64,000 nucleotides of DNA from sequence record PP496436.1; one strand, written 5' to 3'. The translations under genes were made by a program, and so were the position numbers. Shown one piece after another: positions 45,765 through 55,466 of the stretch (the stretch's first letter is position 1; each line of letters begins with the position of its first letter). The notes beneath the pieces were generated by a model that had not been told where the DNA came from, searched no databases, and worked only from the letters and a program-made list of their open reading frames with translations.

Positions 45765-46208
45765 ATGACCAACGCAAACGTTGAAGCTCCAGACGGGTGC
45801 GGTGTCCTCCTTTTGGATGTCACCAGTCCAGACTTCGTCAAGTTTATGAGCTGCGGCCTGCGCTTCCTGCGTGAAGCCCGCCAGATCACATTCCCCACCC
45901 AAAAGCTGTGGGACCAGTTCTGCTTAGGGGAAGGCCGTCCCTTCACTCCGTGGGTGTCGTGGTTGCCGGAACCAATGGCCGAGATTCAGAAACTGGTCAC
46001 GGGTAAGGTGGTAGCCACTGGCATCTTCGATACCCGGTCCTTCATCGAGGTACGTAAAGTCCCCGGCCTGAAGGATACCTGGATGCGCGTCATGTACGCT
46101 GAGAGCAAAGCCCGGACGTTCAACAGCCGGATCGAGGCACTGCGTGAATGCGGCACCAAACGGGACGACTGGTGGGATGAGGTTGTTGTCGGCTGGAAGG
46201 AGGCGTAA
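45765..46208 (+). CDS. Hypothetical protein
   Basis: SD AGGAGG. Confidence 0.6.
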   Translation: MTNANVEAPDGCGVLLLDVTSPDFVKFMSCGLRFLREARQITFPTQKLWDQFCLGEGRPFTPWVSWLPEPMAEIQKLVTGKVVATGIFDTRSFIEVRKVPGLKDTWMRVMYAESKARTFNSRIEALRECGTKRDDWWDEVVVGWKEA

Positions 46209-46210
46209 CC

Positions 46211-46741
46211 ATGGCTAAGGGAAAGACTGTCAAGTTCTACTTGGCCACCTCGTACGAGCTGCATGCTTCCGCCGAGTTGTACGTGAATTGGATCGAGAAC
46301 AACTCGGATACCCAGCTCAAGAACACAGCGCGCTGGATCTGGGATGAAAACGACACCGACCACGTGGCGCAGAAAGCCAAGATGGACTTCGAGGACATCG
46401 ACAAGGCAGATGCCCTGATCGCCTTCTGGCCGTTCGGCAAAGGAACCAGCGCCGAGATTGCCTACGCGTACGCCAAGGGTTTGCAGATCATCATGTACAT
46501 CCCGGAGGACTTCTACGACGAAGGGAAGATTGCGTGCATGCCGGTCGGCCTTGGTATCCCGCTGGAATACGCCGAATGGCATACAGGTGACGGTGGGCCG
46601 GATGAAAGCTCAGAGCCATGGGCGTCCGCTCGGTACCACCCCTGCCACTACAGCAAGAAACTTCTACCCACCGAGCCAGTGATCGTCCACAACCTTAAAG
46701 GGCTGTCGTTCGCTCTAACGCTCCTTACCAAGAGACAGTAG
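46211..46741 (+). CDS. Nucleoside 2-deoxyribosyltransferase-like (NDT/RCL family) N-glycosidase
   Basis: FYLAT, D...ID.AD.LIA and GTSAEIAYAYAKG (catalytic Tyr/Glu positions). Confidence 0.75.
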   Translation: MAKGKTVKFYLATSYELHASAELYVNWIENNSDTQLKNTARWIWDENDTDHVAQKAKMDFEDIDKADALIAFWPFGKGTSAEIAYAYAKGLQIIMYIPEDFYDEGKIACMPVGLGIPLEYAEWHTGDGGPDESSEPWASARYHPCHYSKKLLPTEPVIVHNLKGLSFALTLLTKRQ

Positions 46742-46743
46742 CC

Positions 46744-47214
46744 ATGACCACCCGAGTCCGGCCACAAGGTACAGACATTCCGTTGTCCATTCGCTTCGGC
46801 GTGCGGGCAACCCTCTTGATGAACAACGTTGCGGCCGCTCTGGTTAAGTACCGCAACAATGTCGTAGCTCTAGCCTTCGCCGGACTACTCGCGACATGTA
46901 CTTACCTTTATCTTGATAACAGCTGCATGCGCCGCTGGGAAGGTGTACCGGTACAGACCCGCTGGGCATGGGGTGAGTGCCAAGTAAAGGTAGATGAGCT
47001 GTGGCGTGAAGAAGGGTTCGCCGTCAACTACCTGAAAAGCAAGTTTGCACGGGACGGATTCTTCATCCTGTCCAGTAGTGCCATCTACTCCGAGGAATTT
47101 CAAGAGCTGGATGTGCACAGCCGGGGAAAACACCTGGCACCCGATGTAACCCCGGAACACTCACCTACCGATAAACCCGCAAAGGAACAACCCCATGCTT
47201 CTTCAAAACATTGA
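46744..47214 (+). CDS. Membrane-anchored hypothetical protein
   Basis: Hydrophobic stretch VVALAFAGLLATCTYLYL. Confidence 0.5.
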   Translation: MTTRVRPQGTDIPLSIRFGVRATLLMNNVAAALVKYRNNVVALAFAGLLATCTYLYLDNSCMRRWEGVPVQTRWAWGECQVKVDELWREEGFAVNYLKSKFARDGFFILSSSAIYSEEFQELDVHSRGKHLAPDVTPEHSPTDKPAKEQPHASSKH

Positions 47215-48307
47215 TAGCATTCACGAACAGATGGGCGAGACTGCTGAATCTCGCGTTCAACACCTGATCACAATGCTGACCATGCAGAATGCCAACAACG
47301 ACATCCAGCACAATCCGCTCTGGGCGCACTTCGATAACTCGGTTCGTGCTGACTATCGCATGGCTCTGATAGAACTGGGTGAAGTGTGGGATCACCTGCC
47401 GTCCGGTCAATGGTGGAAGAAAGGCGACCAGACCGAAGCATTCCTCGACCTGGAACAACGGGATCAAGCGGCGCTGGAGATCGTGGATGCGATGCACTTC
47501 GCTCTGAGCCACACCCTCCGCACCTACATCGACGATCCAGACCATACTGTGATGTCCGAGATCATTCCCGACATCGCCTCGTTGATCGCGAGCGTCAGCA
47601 TGCAGTCGTCGGTCGTATACGAAGACTTCCTGCGCGGTGACTTCACCGTTGAGCAGATCATGGGTGAGTTCAACTCTCTGATCGACACGGCCATCATCAA
47701 CTCCAACTTCGAGGTGTTCCCGCTGGACTCGGCTACCGTGCCGTCCAACCTGCTGAGTACTGGCCCGCACCAGAGCTTCACCAACTTCTGGTCGAGCGTG
47801 TTCCTCGCACTGCATCTGCTGGACTACAGCTTCGAGCAGGTCGTCGCGCTGTACGTCACCAAGAACCGGCTCAACACCTTCCGCGTGAAAAACGGTTACA
47901 CCAAGAAGGCAGGTGAAGACCGTTACATCAAGCTGGCGTACGACGGCGGTTCTGAGACTGCCCCGGTCGAAGACAACCATCACGTCCCGGCCATGGCCCG
48001 GTCGGCGGCAGAGGCTACTGCACTGCGCGGCAGCGACTTGACGATGGAGATCGACAATGCCATCATCGCGATGTACCGTAACCGTCTCGGTCAGGTGTGG
48101 GGTGTAATCGACGCTATCGCCAGTAGCAGCGAGGAAGAAGGGGAGTCCCGTATTACTCTGGAAAATCAAACTGCATTTCCTGCGCATTGGTTGCTGCCGG
48201 TCGGTGGCTGGAGCCTGGTTAGCACCAACGAAGGCTTGGCGTATCACAACACTGATAAGGAAGAGACTGTGTTGTACCAAGGCGTGCATCCGCACTTCGC
48301 CAAGTAA
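47195..48307 (+). CDS. Dimeric all-alpha dUTPase (dUTPase_2 family) with C-terminal extension
   Basis: ELGE, QWWKK, LEIVDAMHF.LS and Y..KN.LN.FR..NGY motifs. Confidence 0.8.
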   Translation: MLLQNIDSIHEQMGETAESRVQHLITMLTMQNANNDIQHNPLWAHFDNSVRADYRMALIELGEVWDHLPSGQWWKKGDQTEAFLDLEQRDQAALEIVDAMHFALSHTLRTYIDDPDHTVMSEIIPDIASLIASVSMQSSVVYEDFLRGDFTVEQIMGEFNSLIDTAIINSNFEVFPLDSATVPSNLLSTGPHQSFTNFWSSVFLALHLLDYSFEQVVALYVTKNRLNTFRVKNGYTKKAGEDRYIKLAYDGGSETAPVEDNHHVPAMARSAAEATALRGSDLTMEIDNAIIAMYRNRLGQVWGVIDAIASSSEEEGESRITLENQTAFPAHWLLPVGGWSLVSTNEGLAYHNTDKEETVLYQGVHPHFAK

Positions 48308-48333
48308 GCTCTGATCCACCGAAGCGGCAAAGG

Positions 48334-48381
48334 AACCCCGTGTAAAACTATCTGTCAAATGGTAGTTGCACGGGGTTTTTT
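48334..48381 (+). terminator. Intrinsic terminator overlapping the -35 box of the next promoter
   Basis: AACCCCGTG...CACGGGGTT followed by TTTT. Confidence 0.75.
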
Positions 48382-48394
48382 CGTGTGCTATAAT
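48366..48394 (+). promoter_or_regulatory. sigma70-type early promoter
   Basis: TTGCAC-17bp-TATAAT with extended -10 TG; closely matches the 11041 promoter. Confidence 0.85.
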
Positions 48395-48461
48395 GGCACC
48401 ATGGCACCAGCCATACCCGGAAACATTGAACTTCCGGCCACTGTCCCAAGAGGAACGCACC

Positions 48462-48932
48462 ATGAAACAATCAGATATGGAAGTAACCGGCACCACTCCA
48501 GCCGTGGACGGCTATCAGGTTGAAGTTAACGATACCAAGCACGGTTTCCACTTTCGTCTGCGCCACATTCCCACTGGCCGGGTAACGCACTGGGCAGGTT
48601 ACCAGAGCATCGTCATGCTGGACGATATCGCCGCGACCACCGGCTACTATGGCGGTGCCGGTGAAGATCTGGTCCCCCGTTCCGCTGCAGACATCCTGCG
48701 TCAGTTCGCTGTGCAAGACGTCACCATCAAGTTCGGCGATGAGTTCACCGAAGCAGGTGACGAGCTGGCAAACAGTGCACTGGACTCTGACGGTGTGGAT
48801 CAGGAGTTCACGGAAAAGATGGCGAGCGTACTGTCCGGGTCCGGCGCGGTGCTGGAGAACATGTCTGACGATGACTTCGCCGCTGGCATGAAGGCTTTCG
48901 ACGCGGCTACTCCGCTGACGAAGAAGAACTGA
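48462..48932 (+). CDS. Hypothetical early protein
   Basis: Conserved leader CCACTGTCCC-AAGAGGA. Confidence 0.7.
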   Translation: MKQSDMEVTGTTPAVDGYQVEVNDTKHGFHFRLRHIPTGRVTHWAGYQSIVMLDDIAATTGYYGGAGEDLVPRSAADILRQFAVQDVTIKFGDEFTEAGDELANSALDSDGVDQEFTEKMASVLSGSGAVLENMSDDDFAAGMKAFDAATPLTKKN

Positions 48933-48985
48933 TACCCACTGGGGACCGCAAGGTCCCCAACCCCTACCCCGAAGAGGATTGCATC

Positions 48986-50182
48986 ATGGCCCGAGTCAAC
49001 ACTGCCCGCTACGCTTCCCAACTACAGAATCTGGAAGGCGTCACCATCCAGATCATTCCATTGGGTGAAGCAGGGGATAAAGCCCCCGTCAGTCCGATGA
49101 TGGACGCTTACTTCTGGACCCGCAAGCTTCCAGACAACGCCACGCTGCGCCAGTTGATCAACCGCATTCGTACTTCGTCTGGTCACGTCAAACAAGGCGA
49201 CGAAGCACAGGGCGCACCAGGTCATGTGTTGTTGGTCGGTAAGCACAACTGCCAGCTTCAGGTGTTCACGGCCAAAGGGTCGCCGTTAACCAAGAAGGAA
49301 ATGTCGGTCGCCACTATCACCATGGGGCAGCTTCGCAAGCAGACTGTCCCGGCCAAGCCTACCCAGTCCCAGAAGCTGGACAAGTATCAAGGCAAGGTCG
49401 TTCGTAAGGATCACGTCGCGTCGGCCAAAGGATCGATGGAACAGATAAAGAAAGACGATCCAGAGCTGTATGCAGCAGCGACCGGCAAGACGTTCGATCC
49501 GGCTAAAGCCCAGACTGCCGCGAAAGCTTCGACGATGGACGCTATCACCGGCATGCTTGCCCAGTTCTCGAACAAGCCCCGCAAGGGTGAGAAGAAAGCG
49601 GACACGCTGCCGACCGATCCCAAAGAAGCCGTGCAGTTCCTTCTGCAGCACTGGCACAATACCGGTGGCCCCAAAGAAGTGAGCACCACGGTGTCGAAGG
49701 AAGGTGCCCAGTTCGTCGATGACATGTACAACAGCTCGTATCCCGAGATGATGCAAGACGTAGGCCACCCGCCTACTGAATACCTTCTCAAGTTCTGGGA
49801 AGTGAACCGCTACCGCTTCGGCATCGGCCACCCGGTTAAGATTCCACCCGCTGATCTGCCGGTCAAGTCCACGATGACGGGTAAGGTGTTGTGGCTGGGT
49901 GGTAAGCAGAAGAGCGTGATCAAGAAAGTCGTATCGCGTCAACTGCCGGGTCGTCCAGAGGGTGAGCGTACCGAGTTCGCCATAACGGTGTCGGGTGAAG
50001 AAGTGCAAACCCGTCATCTGATCAAGCACAAGGGCGACTCGTACCAGATCAATGATTTGGCAATCATCTCGGATGGCATCCTTCGTCCTGAGACGTCGGC
50101 GGTCACCCCGAAGCCCGGCTCGACCAAACCGAAGAAGCCAGCACTGGAAGTCAAAGCCAAGAAGAAAGGTAAGACGAAATGA
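48986..50182 (+). CDS. Basic hypothetical early protein
   Basis: Hairpin plus leader cassette upstream; Lys-rich. Confidence 0.7.
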   Translation: MARVNTARYASQLQNLEGVTIQIIPLGEAGDKAPVSPMMDAYFWTRKLPDNATLRQLINRIRTSSGHVKQGDEAQGAPGHVLLVGKHNCQLQVFTAKGSPLTKKEMSVATITMGQLRKQTVPAKPTQSQKLDKYQGKVVRKDHVASAKGSMEQIKKDDPELYAAATGKTFDPAKAQTAAKASTMDAITGMLAQFSNKPRKGEKKADTLPTDPKEAVQFLLQHWHNTGGPKEVSTTVSKEGAQFVDDMYNSSYPEMMQDVGHPPTEYLLKFWEVNRYRFGIGHPVKIPPADLPVKSTMTGKVLWLGGKQKSVIKKVVSRQLPGRPEGERTEFAITVSGEEVQTRHLIKHKGDSYQINDLAIISDGILRPETSAVTPKPGSTKPKKPALEVKAKKKGKTK

Positions 50183-50424
50183 GTCGGCTCAAGACGATGT
50201 ATGGTAACGTCAAGGTGTGGGGCATGTTCATTCTGGCTATCCTCCTCGCCGTGATCGCCGCCGTCATATGGCTGATTGGTGCCGGTATGGTGCTAGTAGG
50301 ACGCGCAGGCGGGGTTTTGCAGCGCATCGGTGCCGGAAGTTGGGGCGCGAGCGCTGATGCCAGTGAGCACAGCCTCAGCATATACAACCGCATCCGGCCT
50401 AAGAAGCCGAACGACCCGTCCTGA
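50179..50424 (+). CDS. Small membrane protein
   Basis: ATGA overlap; long hydrophobic segment. Confidence 0.55.
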   Translation: MSRLKTMYGNVKVWGMFILAILLAVIAAVIWLIGAGMVLVGRAGGVLQRIGAGSWGASADASEHSLSIYNRIRPKKPNDPS

Positions 50425-50482
50425 CCCCATCCACGCAGACACCGGTAAATGAGCCGGTGTCCTACCGCTTATCGAGGTAACC

Positions 50483-50806
50483 ATGAGTACGCCAGACACT
50501 GACCAAACCACTGCGGATGTCGAGGCAGTTGTTGTTCGACTTGAACGTGGGAATGATAAAGACGGCAACCCCGTTCATTACTTCCTGACGTACCGAGGCA
50601 AAGATGTTCCGATGGGTGAACGTGAGGTTCGCACCACGGCCAACATCAAGCACGCCTTCCGCTTCAACACGGAAGAAGAGGCAATCGCTGCCACGCAGTC
50701 GGAAGGCTTCCAGCAGTTGGTCGCCAAGATCAACCGGTCCGGCCCCGGTGTCACCAACGTGACAACGCCGAAGATGAGCATTCGTTACGCTCTGCTTCCT
50801 GAATAA
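50483..50806 (+). CDS. Hypothetical protein
   Basis: SD GAGGT. Confidence 0.65.
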   Translation: MSTPDTDQTTADVEAVVVRLERGNDKDGNPVHYFLTYRGKDVPMGEREVRTTANIKHAFRFNTEEEAIAATQSEGFQQLVAKINRSGPGVTNVTTPKMSIRYALLPE

Positions 50807-50856
50807 CCAAACCCAATCTCATTCGCAACATCTCAAGTCCCAATAGGAGTTACACC

Positions 50857-52509
50857 ATGACCGCTCCAACACGATTCGTAGCAGCAGAAGCAAAACTGTA
50901 CGTCGGCAACAAGGCTGACAACATCCGCATCCATCTTGCAGGTAAGACGGCCCTGATCCAAGGCTGGAAGAACGACAAGGAAGACACCGAAGTCGCCAGC
51001 TACGATTTCAAGACCGCCAAGGAATTGATCGAGCTGATCCAGTCGGCCCGCAACGAGGTCAATGCCCCTGACGGCCAGATCCGAGTAGTCAGCGATGAGG
51101 CCAGCATCCTCGTCATCTCTCTGGACACGGAAGCAGAATTGATCCAGAGCTTCGGCAAGTCGGGCGCTAAGATGCTGGATGCGCTGACCGTTATCGCCAA
51201 GTCCGAAGAAGAGCAGGGTGAAGCGGCTCGCGGTCAACTGGCAGACAAGCTGGCCGCTGCACTGGCCGTTAAACCTGAGAAAGACGATGCTCCTGTGGAA
51301 ACCGTAGCAGGCAAGCTGAGCACTGCACCGGCCACCGGCACTGATCTTGTCGGCACTCCGCTCAACTCCCCGGTACAAGGTGCCGGTATTGAGCTGAAAC
51401 AGGAAGCTGATGCACAGGGCGACGAACTCGGTCTGGTCGAAACCATGGAAGAACAATTCCAGCACCCAGGTCTGGTGCATCGCTTCGGCTTCCCGGCTGG
51501 CATCACTCTGGGTGGCGCAATTGACGTGACCCTGCCAGACGGTAGCGTTACCGAGCACTACACCTTCTCGGACATGGACGGTGACCCCGCTGACGACAGC
51601 GCTGAAGGTACCGTGTTCGTCGAAGTGCGTACCTACGCCCCTGCCGATGATGATGAGAATGAAGACGATCGCATCTCGCTGGAACTGCCGACCATCACCG
51701 CGATCAATCGTCTGCTCAACCTGATCGAGACGTACGGCGACGAACTGAAGTTCAACATGGTGTCTTTGCTGTCGCTGGATGTGCCCGCTCTGGAACTGGA
51801 GTATCGCTACGCCCCAGACAAAGGCAAGCTGACCAGCAAGATCCGTGTCGAGTTCGCCGAGGCATTCATCGCAGACCTTAGTGCCATCGCGGTGCCGACG
51901 TACACCCCGTTCGATCTGCGTATGCACGGCGAGTTCAGCTACGAAGACTTCGCCCACGTAACCAGCAACTACGCAGCCTCGTTGAGCGCTCGCTGCCGCA
52001 ACTCTTCCCCGGCGGCTGTCCTGACTGGCAAGATCGAACTGATCGGCTGGGCCAGCCTCACGGATGATGCAGGGGAGTCTTCTACCCTGATGTTCGACGG
52101 TGCATCCGCCAGCAACTCCCAAGGCGATGAAGTGACCATGCAGGTAGCAGTGGCCCAACTGCTCGCCGCCGACAAGATCACTTTCTTCCCCGACACCCGC
52201 TTGATGAAGATCGCCAAAGCGTCCAGCAATAAGGACAAGGCATTCGGACCGGAAGCTCTGACTGGTATCTGGGTCAAGCTTAACGGCAAGGATGAAGGGA
52301 TCATTTACACCACCAAAGGATTGGGCACCCTGCTCAACAATTTCCATCAGACCCAAGTGGCCGCAGTCACCGAGGAAGTTAAGAAGGTGAACGAACTGGT
52401 CGATACCGAACTCAGCATCGTCTTGAGCGAGCTGATGGTTGATCTGCCGCAGGATGCCCCTGAAAAGAAAATCAAGACGGTGGCAACCAAGCCTCGCATC
52501 ATTAAGTAA
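50857..52509 (+). CDS. Large hypothetical protein
   Basis: SD AGGAG with leader variant; 550 aa; genome-typical codon usage. Confidence 0.7.
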   Translation: MTAPTRFVAAEAKLYVGNKADNIRIHLAGKTALIQGWKNDKEDTEVASYDFKTAKELIELIQSARNEVNAPDGQIRVVSDEASILVISLDTEAELIQSFGKSGAKMLDALTVIAKSEEEQGEAARGQLADKLAAALAVKPEKDDAPVETVAGKLSTAPATGTDLVGTPLNSPVQGAGIELKQEADAQGDELGLVETMEEQFQHPGLVHRFGFPAGITLGGAIDVTLPDGSVTEHYTFSDMDGDPADDSAEGTVFVEVRTYAPADDDENEDDRISLELPTITAINRLLNLIETYGDELKFNMVSLLSLDVPALELEYRYAPDKGKLTSKIRVEFAEAFIADLSAIAVPTYTPFDLRMHGEFSYEDFAHVTSNYAASLSARCRNSSPAAVLTGKIELIGWASLTDDAGESSTLMFDGASASNSQGDEVTMQVAVAQLLAADKITFFPDTRLMKIAKASSNKDKAFGPEALTGIWVKLNGKDEGIIYTTKGLGTLLNNFHQTQVAAVTEEVKKVNELVDTELSIVLSELMVDLPQDAPEKKIKTVATKPRIIK

Positions 52510-52567
52510 TTCAAGCAAGGACAATCAGGCCATGGATGGCACTCACGGACAACGCAGGGTTAGTAAA

Positions 52568-53320
52568 ATGAAGGTTTCTACGAAACGACGTATTCTCTAC
52601 TGGGCACCATCGGTACTGGTTCTGCTGGCGTCAATGTCACTGGTCGGTCTCGCTGCCCACGCCAACACCGCGCGAGCTGATGAGATGGCGCCACCTATGA
52701 ACTCTGAAGTTCACCGGGCAGCAATGTCGGTACAAGCGGCGCAGGGGTTCAATGGTAATGCCAGCCCACTGACGCTGGATCGCCAGGCCTATCCGTCGGA
52801 CGTCAAAGCCAAGATGGACGAAGTGATGCGTCAGTGTCCAGTGGACGGCTCGCTGAAACAGGTGCGACTGTTCCGCTATTCGGAAGGTGAAGTCCCCTCC
52901 CCGAGTATGTTCGACGCCATCTGTAGTTTGCTGGTTCTGCCACCCGACGTGTACCACAAGACTGATCCGATGCAGTGGCGCAAGTTCACGCAGAAGGTTA
53001 CCCCGGTCAGCGCCGAGATCCTGATCGAAGTGGATTCGAGCAAGCCTCAGGATGAGAAGGCGCGCTTCCTGTTTCAGCAGGTGCTGAACAATCCCGACTG
53101 GTTCCAACTGGTCGAAGTGAAAACCATGAAGGTGAAGGGCACTGCGCTGGAGCGTACGGTGATCTTCCAGATCCAGCAATCGGTAGGTGTGTATTACGAC
53201 ATGCTGGCGGCGTACGTTAGCCAACAAGGTAAGCCTGTCGTCGAACCCATCCCGACTATCCAGAGCGGGAGCCGCAGCACGGACAACCGACCCATCACCA
53301 TGTTGACCGAACAGAAGTAA
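52568..53320 (+). CDS. Secreted or membrane-anchored hypothetical protein
   Basis: Basic then hydrophobic N-terminus; alternative start at 52532. Confidence 0.6.
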   Translation: MKVSTKRRILYWAPSVLVLLASMSLVGLAAHANTARADEMAPPMNSEVHRAAMSVQAAQGFNGNASPLTLDRQAYPSDVKAKMDEVMRQCPVDGSLKQVRLFRYSEGEVPSPSMFDAICSLLVLPPDVYHKTDPMQWRKFTQKVTPVSAEILIEVDSSKPQDEKARFLFQQVLNNPDWFQLVEVKTMKVKGTALERTVIFQIQQSVGVYYDMLAAYVSQQGKPVVEPIPTIQSGSRSTDNRPITMLTEQK

Positions 53321-53355
53321 CCTGAAACACCCACTGTCCCAATGAGGTATCTACC

Positions 53356-53718
53356 GTGAATAAGTTTACCGATTTCAAAAAGGAAGGCCAGATAGTACGT
53401 ATGCTCCCCGACTGGCCTGCTAAGCCTGCGTTCGTTCGTCTAAAGGAAAGACCGGATACAGATGATCTAATCCCTGTTGACTTCTCCTGTACACTGATGT
53501 CACTGCCTAAGTCTTTCACCCTCCCGATTGTGACTGAAGATGGTAGCCACCACGTACTACGAACGGGCATCAAGGCCTACGCTCGCATCGCCGCTTTCAT
53601 TCAGATGAGTGGCCCCTTCAAGGGTAAGGATGTGGGCTTCCGTGCGCAGGCTGATCAAGCCCGTGCTTTCAAGCTGGCCGACCTGGTACAGCGCAACATG
53701 ATCAAGTACGGGAAATAA
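53356..53718 (+). CDS. Hypothetical protein
   Basis: Conserved leader CCACTGTCCC-AATGAGG; GTG start. Confidence 0.65.
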   Translation: MNKFTDFKKEGQIVRMLPDWPAKPAFVRLKERPDTDDLIPVDFSCTLMSLPKSFTLPIVTEDGSHHVLRTGIKAYARIAAFIQMSGPFKGKDVGFRAQADQARAFKLADLVQRNMIKYGK

Positions 53719-53721
53719 GAC

Positions 53722-54753
53722 ATGCGCAATCAAGACATGGACAAAGTGGAACTGCACGTAGCAGTGACCGATGAGATTCAAGGTGCTTTCACCGACGGCA
53801 CAAAAGATTACCGGGGTTGCACACGCGAACGTATCGAAGATACCCGTGCCCTGATCAAACGGTCTTACGTGTCGCTGCGTGAGGTTGGTTACTGGCTGGT
53901 CAAAGCGTTCGGTGTGGAGACTGCCCATGACAAGAAGGAGCGTGTCTACCGCTTCACCGAGGAAGCTCTGGAGCTGGGGCAAGCCACGGGACTGACAAAG
54001 GAAGAAGCACTGGCGCTGGTGGACTACGTATTCGAACGTGAAGTGGGTGAGATCAAGCAGGAGGTAGGCGGTGTGATGACCACTCTTGCGGCACTGTGCT
54101 TCGCCCACGAGATCGATCACCACGAATGCGGGCGCATCGAGCTGGACCGCGTGCAAGATCCAGTCGTGCTGGAAAAGATCAGGATCAAGCAAGCCAACAA
54201 GAAGATCCGCAGTCCGCTGCCGGGCATCGTGAAAGAAGAGTGTCAAGCGGAACCGGCACTCAAAGGTTTCGACCCTGTGTGTTCCTGCAAGGAATGTGAG
54301 GTTATTCGATACGGCCATCGACACCCTAAGCCGCAGAAACAAGCGGTGTCCTACGTGGAAGACGTGATCGACAAGTTGAAAGCCGATCAGGTGGCTGGGC
54401 ATACCGGGGTTACTGTGGTGGTCGTCCGCACCCTGATGGCGATTAACCGGATCAGGGAAGCCATGGAAGATAAGGGCACCGTGTGCGTCGTAAGAAAGAT
54501 GGGGGACTTTGAAGGAGCAATGGGCAGTGTTGAAGGGTTAAGGGAAGGAGAGCAACTGTACATTGTAGGCACCAAGGGTATACTGTGTGCCGGATGGTCA
54601 CTGATCACCCCCTTCGATGTTCGCGTGTACAGCACCTGCCCGCTAGGGGATGACCACTACGTCCAGCTGAGGGCGCGCTGGTTCAAAGACGGAGTGCGGA
54701 CACTTCCGGTCTACCACTATGTTCCGGGCCGCACAGACAATCCCGGACTGTAG
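53722..54753 (+). CDS. MazG-like all-alpha NTP pyrophosphatase domain plus C-terminal domain
   Basis: ER..RF.EEALEL.Q...QEVGGV..TLAAL motif. Confidence 0.6.
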   Translation: MRNQDMDKVELHVAVTDEIQGAFTDGTKDYRGCTRERIEDTRALIKRSYVSLREVGYWLVKAFGVETAHDKKERVYRFTEEALELGQATGLTKEEALALVDYVFEREVGEIKQEVGGVMTTLAALCFAHEIDHHECGRIELDRVQDPVVLEKIRIKQANKKIRSPLPGIVKEECQAEPALKGFDPVCSCKECEVIRYGHRHPKPQKQAVSYVEDVIDKLKADQVAGHTGVTVVVVRTLMAINRIREAMEDKGTVCVVRKMGDFEGAMGSVEGLREGEQLYIVGTKGILCAGWSLITPFDVRVYSTCPLGDDHYVQLRARWFKDGVRTLPVYHYVPGRTDNPGL

Positions 54754-54808
54754 TTCTTAATTACAGCGGTCCACTACGGGCTTTATACAATCCGATGGAG
54801 ATAAGATC

Positions 54809-55327
54809 ATGGCTTCGAAAAAGCGTGGCAACACCCCCGTTGCAGAATCCACTGGCGCGGGTACGCCGGTCACCGAAAACGAAAAGACTTCACCTAACCT
54901 GATTCAGACCCAGATTCCTTCGGCTGAGTCCGGTGCGGAGAAGATCGCTGAGTCCGATGTTGCGCCGACCGGTGAACCCGTTCAAGAGCGACACGAAGGC
55001 CAGCACGAAGATTCGATCAGCTCGGAACAAGTTGGTGATCTGGCTTCCATCATGGGCAACGGAGACACCGCCAAGCAAGACGCCCCAGTGGAACAGGATC
55101 AGTCCGAGGACACCCAATCGGAACCGCGTCAAGAAGCTACCGAAGCCGGTATCGCACTGGCCGACAAGATCTCGGAACTGGAAACCAACGGTGACACCGC
55201 TGAAGAGCTGCGCCACAAAGTCAGCGGCGAAGGTGGCATCATGGATCAGTTGAACAAGCTGGCTGAAGGTAGCGAGCGTGAAGAGCTGACCCAGCGTGCA
55301 CAAGCAATTCTGGTTAACCGCGTCTAA
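54809..55327 (+). CDS. Acidic low-complexity hypothetical protein
   Basis: SD GGAG; followed by a terminator. Confidence 0.65.
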   Translation: MASKKRGNTPVAESTGAGTPVTENEKTSPNLIQTQIPSAESGAEKIAESDVAPTGEPVQERHEGQHEDSISSEQVGDLASIMGNGDTAKQDAPVEQDQSEDTQSEPRQEATEAGIALADKISELETNGDTAEELRHKVSGEGGIMDQLNKLAEGSEREELTQRAQAILVNRV

Positions 55328-55340
55328 ATCTTCGGCGCGC

Positions 55341-55384
55341 AAAAAAACCCCACTCGCGTACATCACGGGTGGGGTTTTGTTTTA
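55341..55384. terminator. Bidirectional intrinsic terminator between convergent units
   Basis: A7-CCCCACTCG...CGGGTGGGG-TTTTGTTTT. Confidence 0.85.
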
Positions 55385-55466
55385 TCTACAGTACGGCTTC
55401 GCAGGCTAGCGTGTGGGCGCGTTGGCTATCCCAGCCCGGTCGATATGGCCCCCAACCGGGATAAAC

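Noticed and set aside
41864-54753. HD plus MazG-like genes as a Z-genome (DatZ/MazZ/PurZ) system
   Set aside because: No PurZ or adenylosuccinate-synthetase homologue in the window, and the genes are 11 kb apart; both families are common in phages
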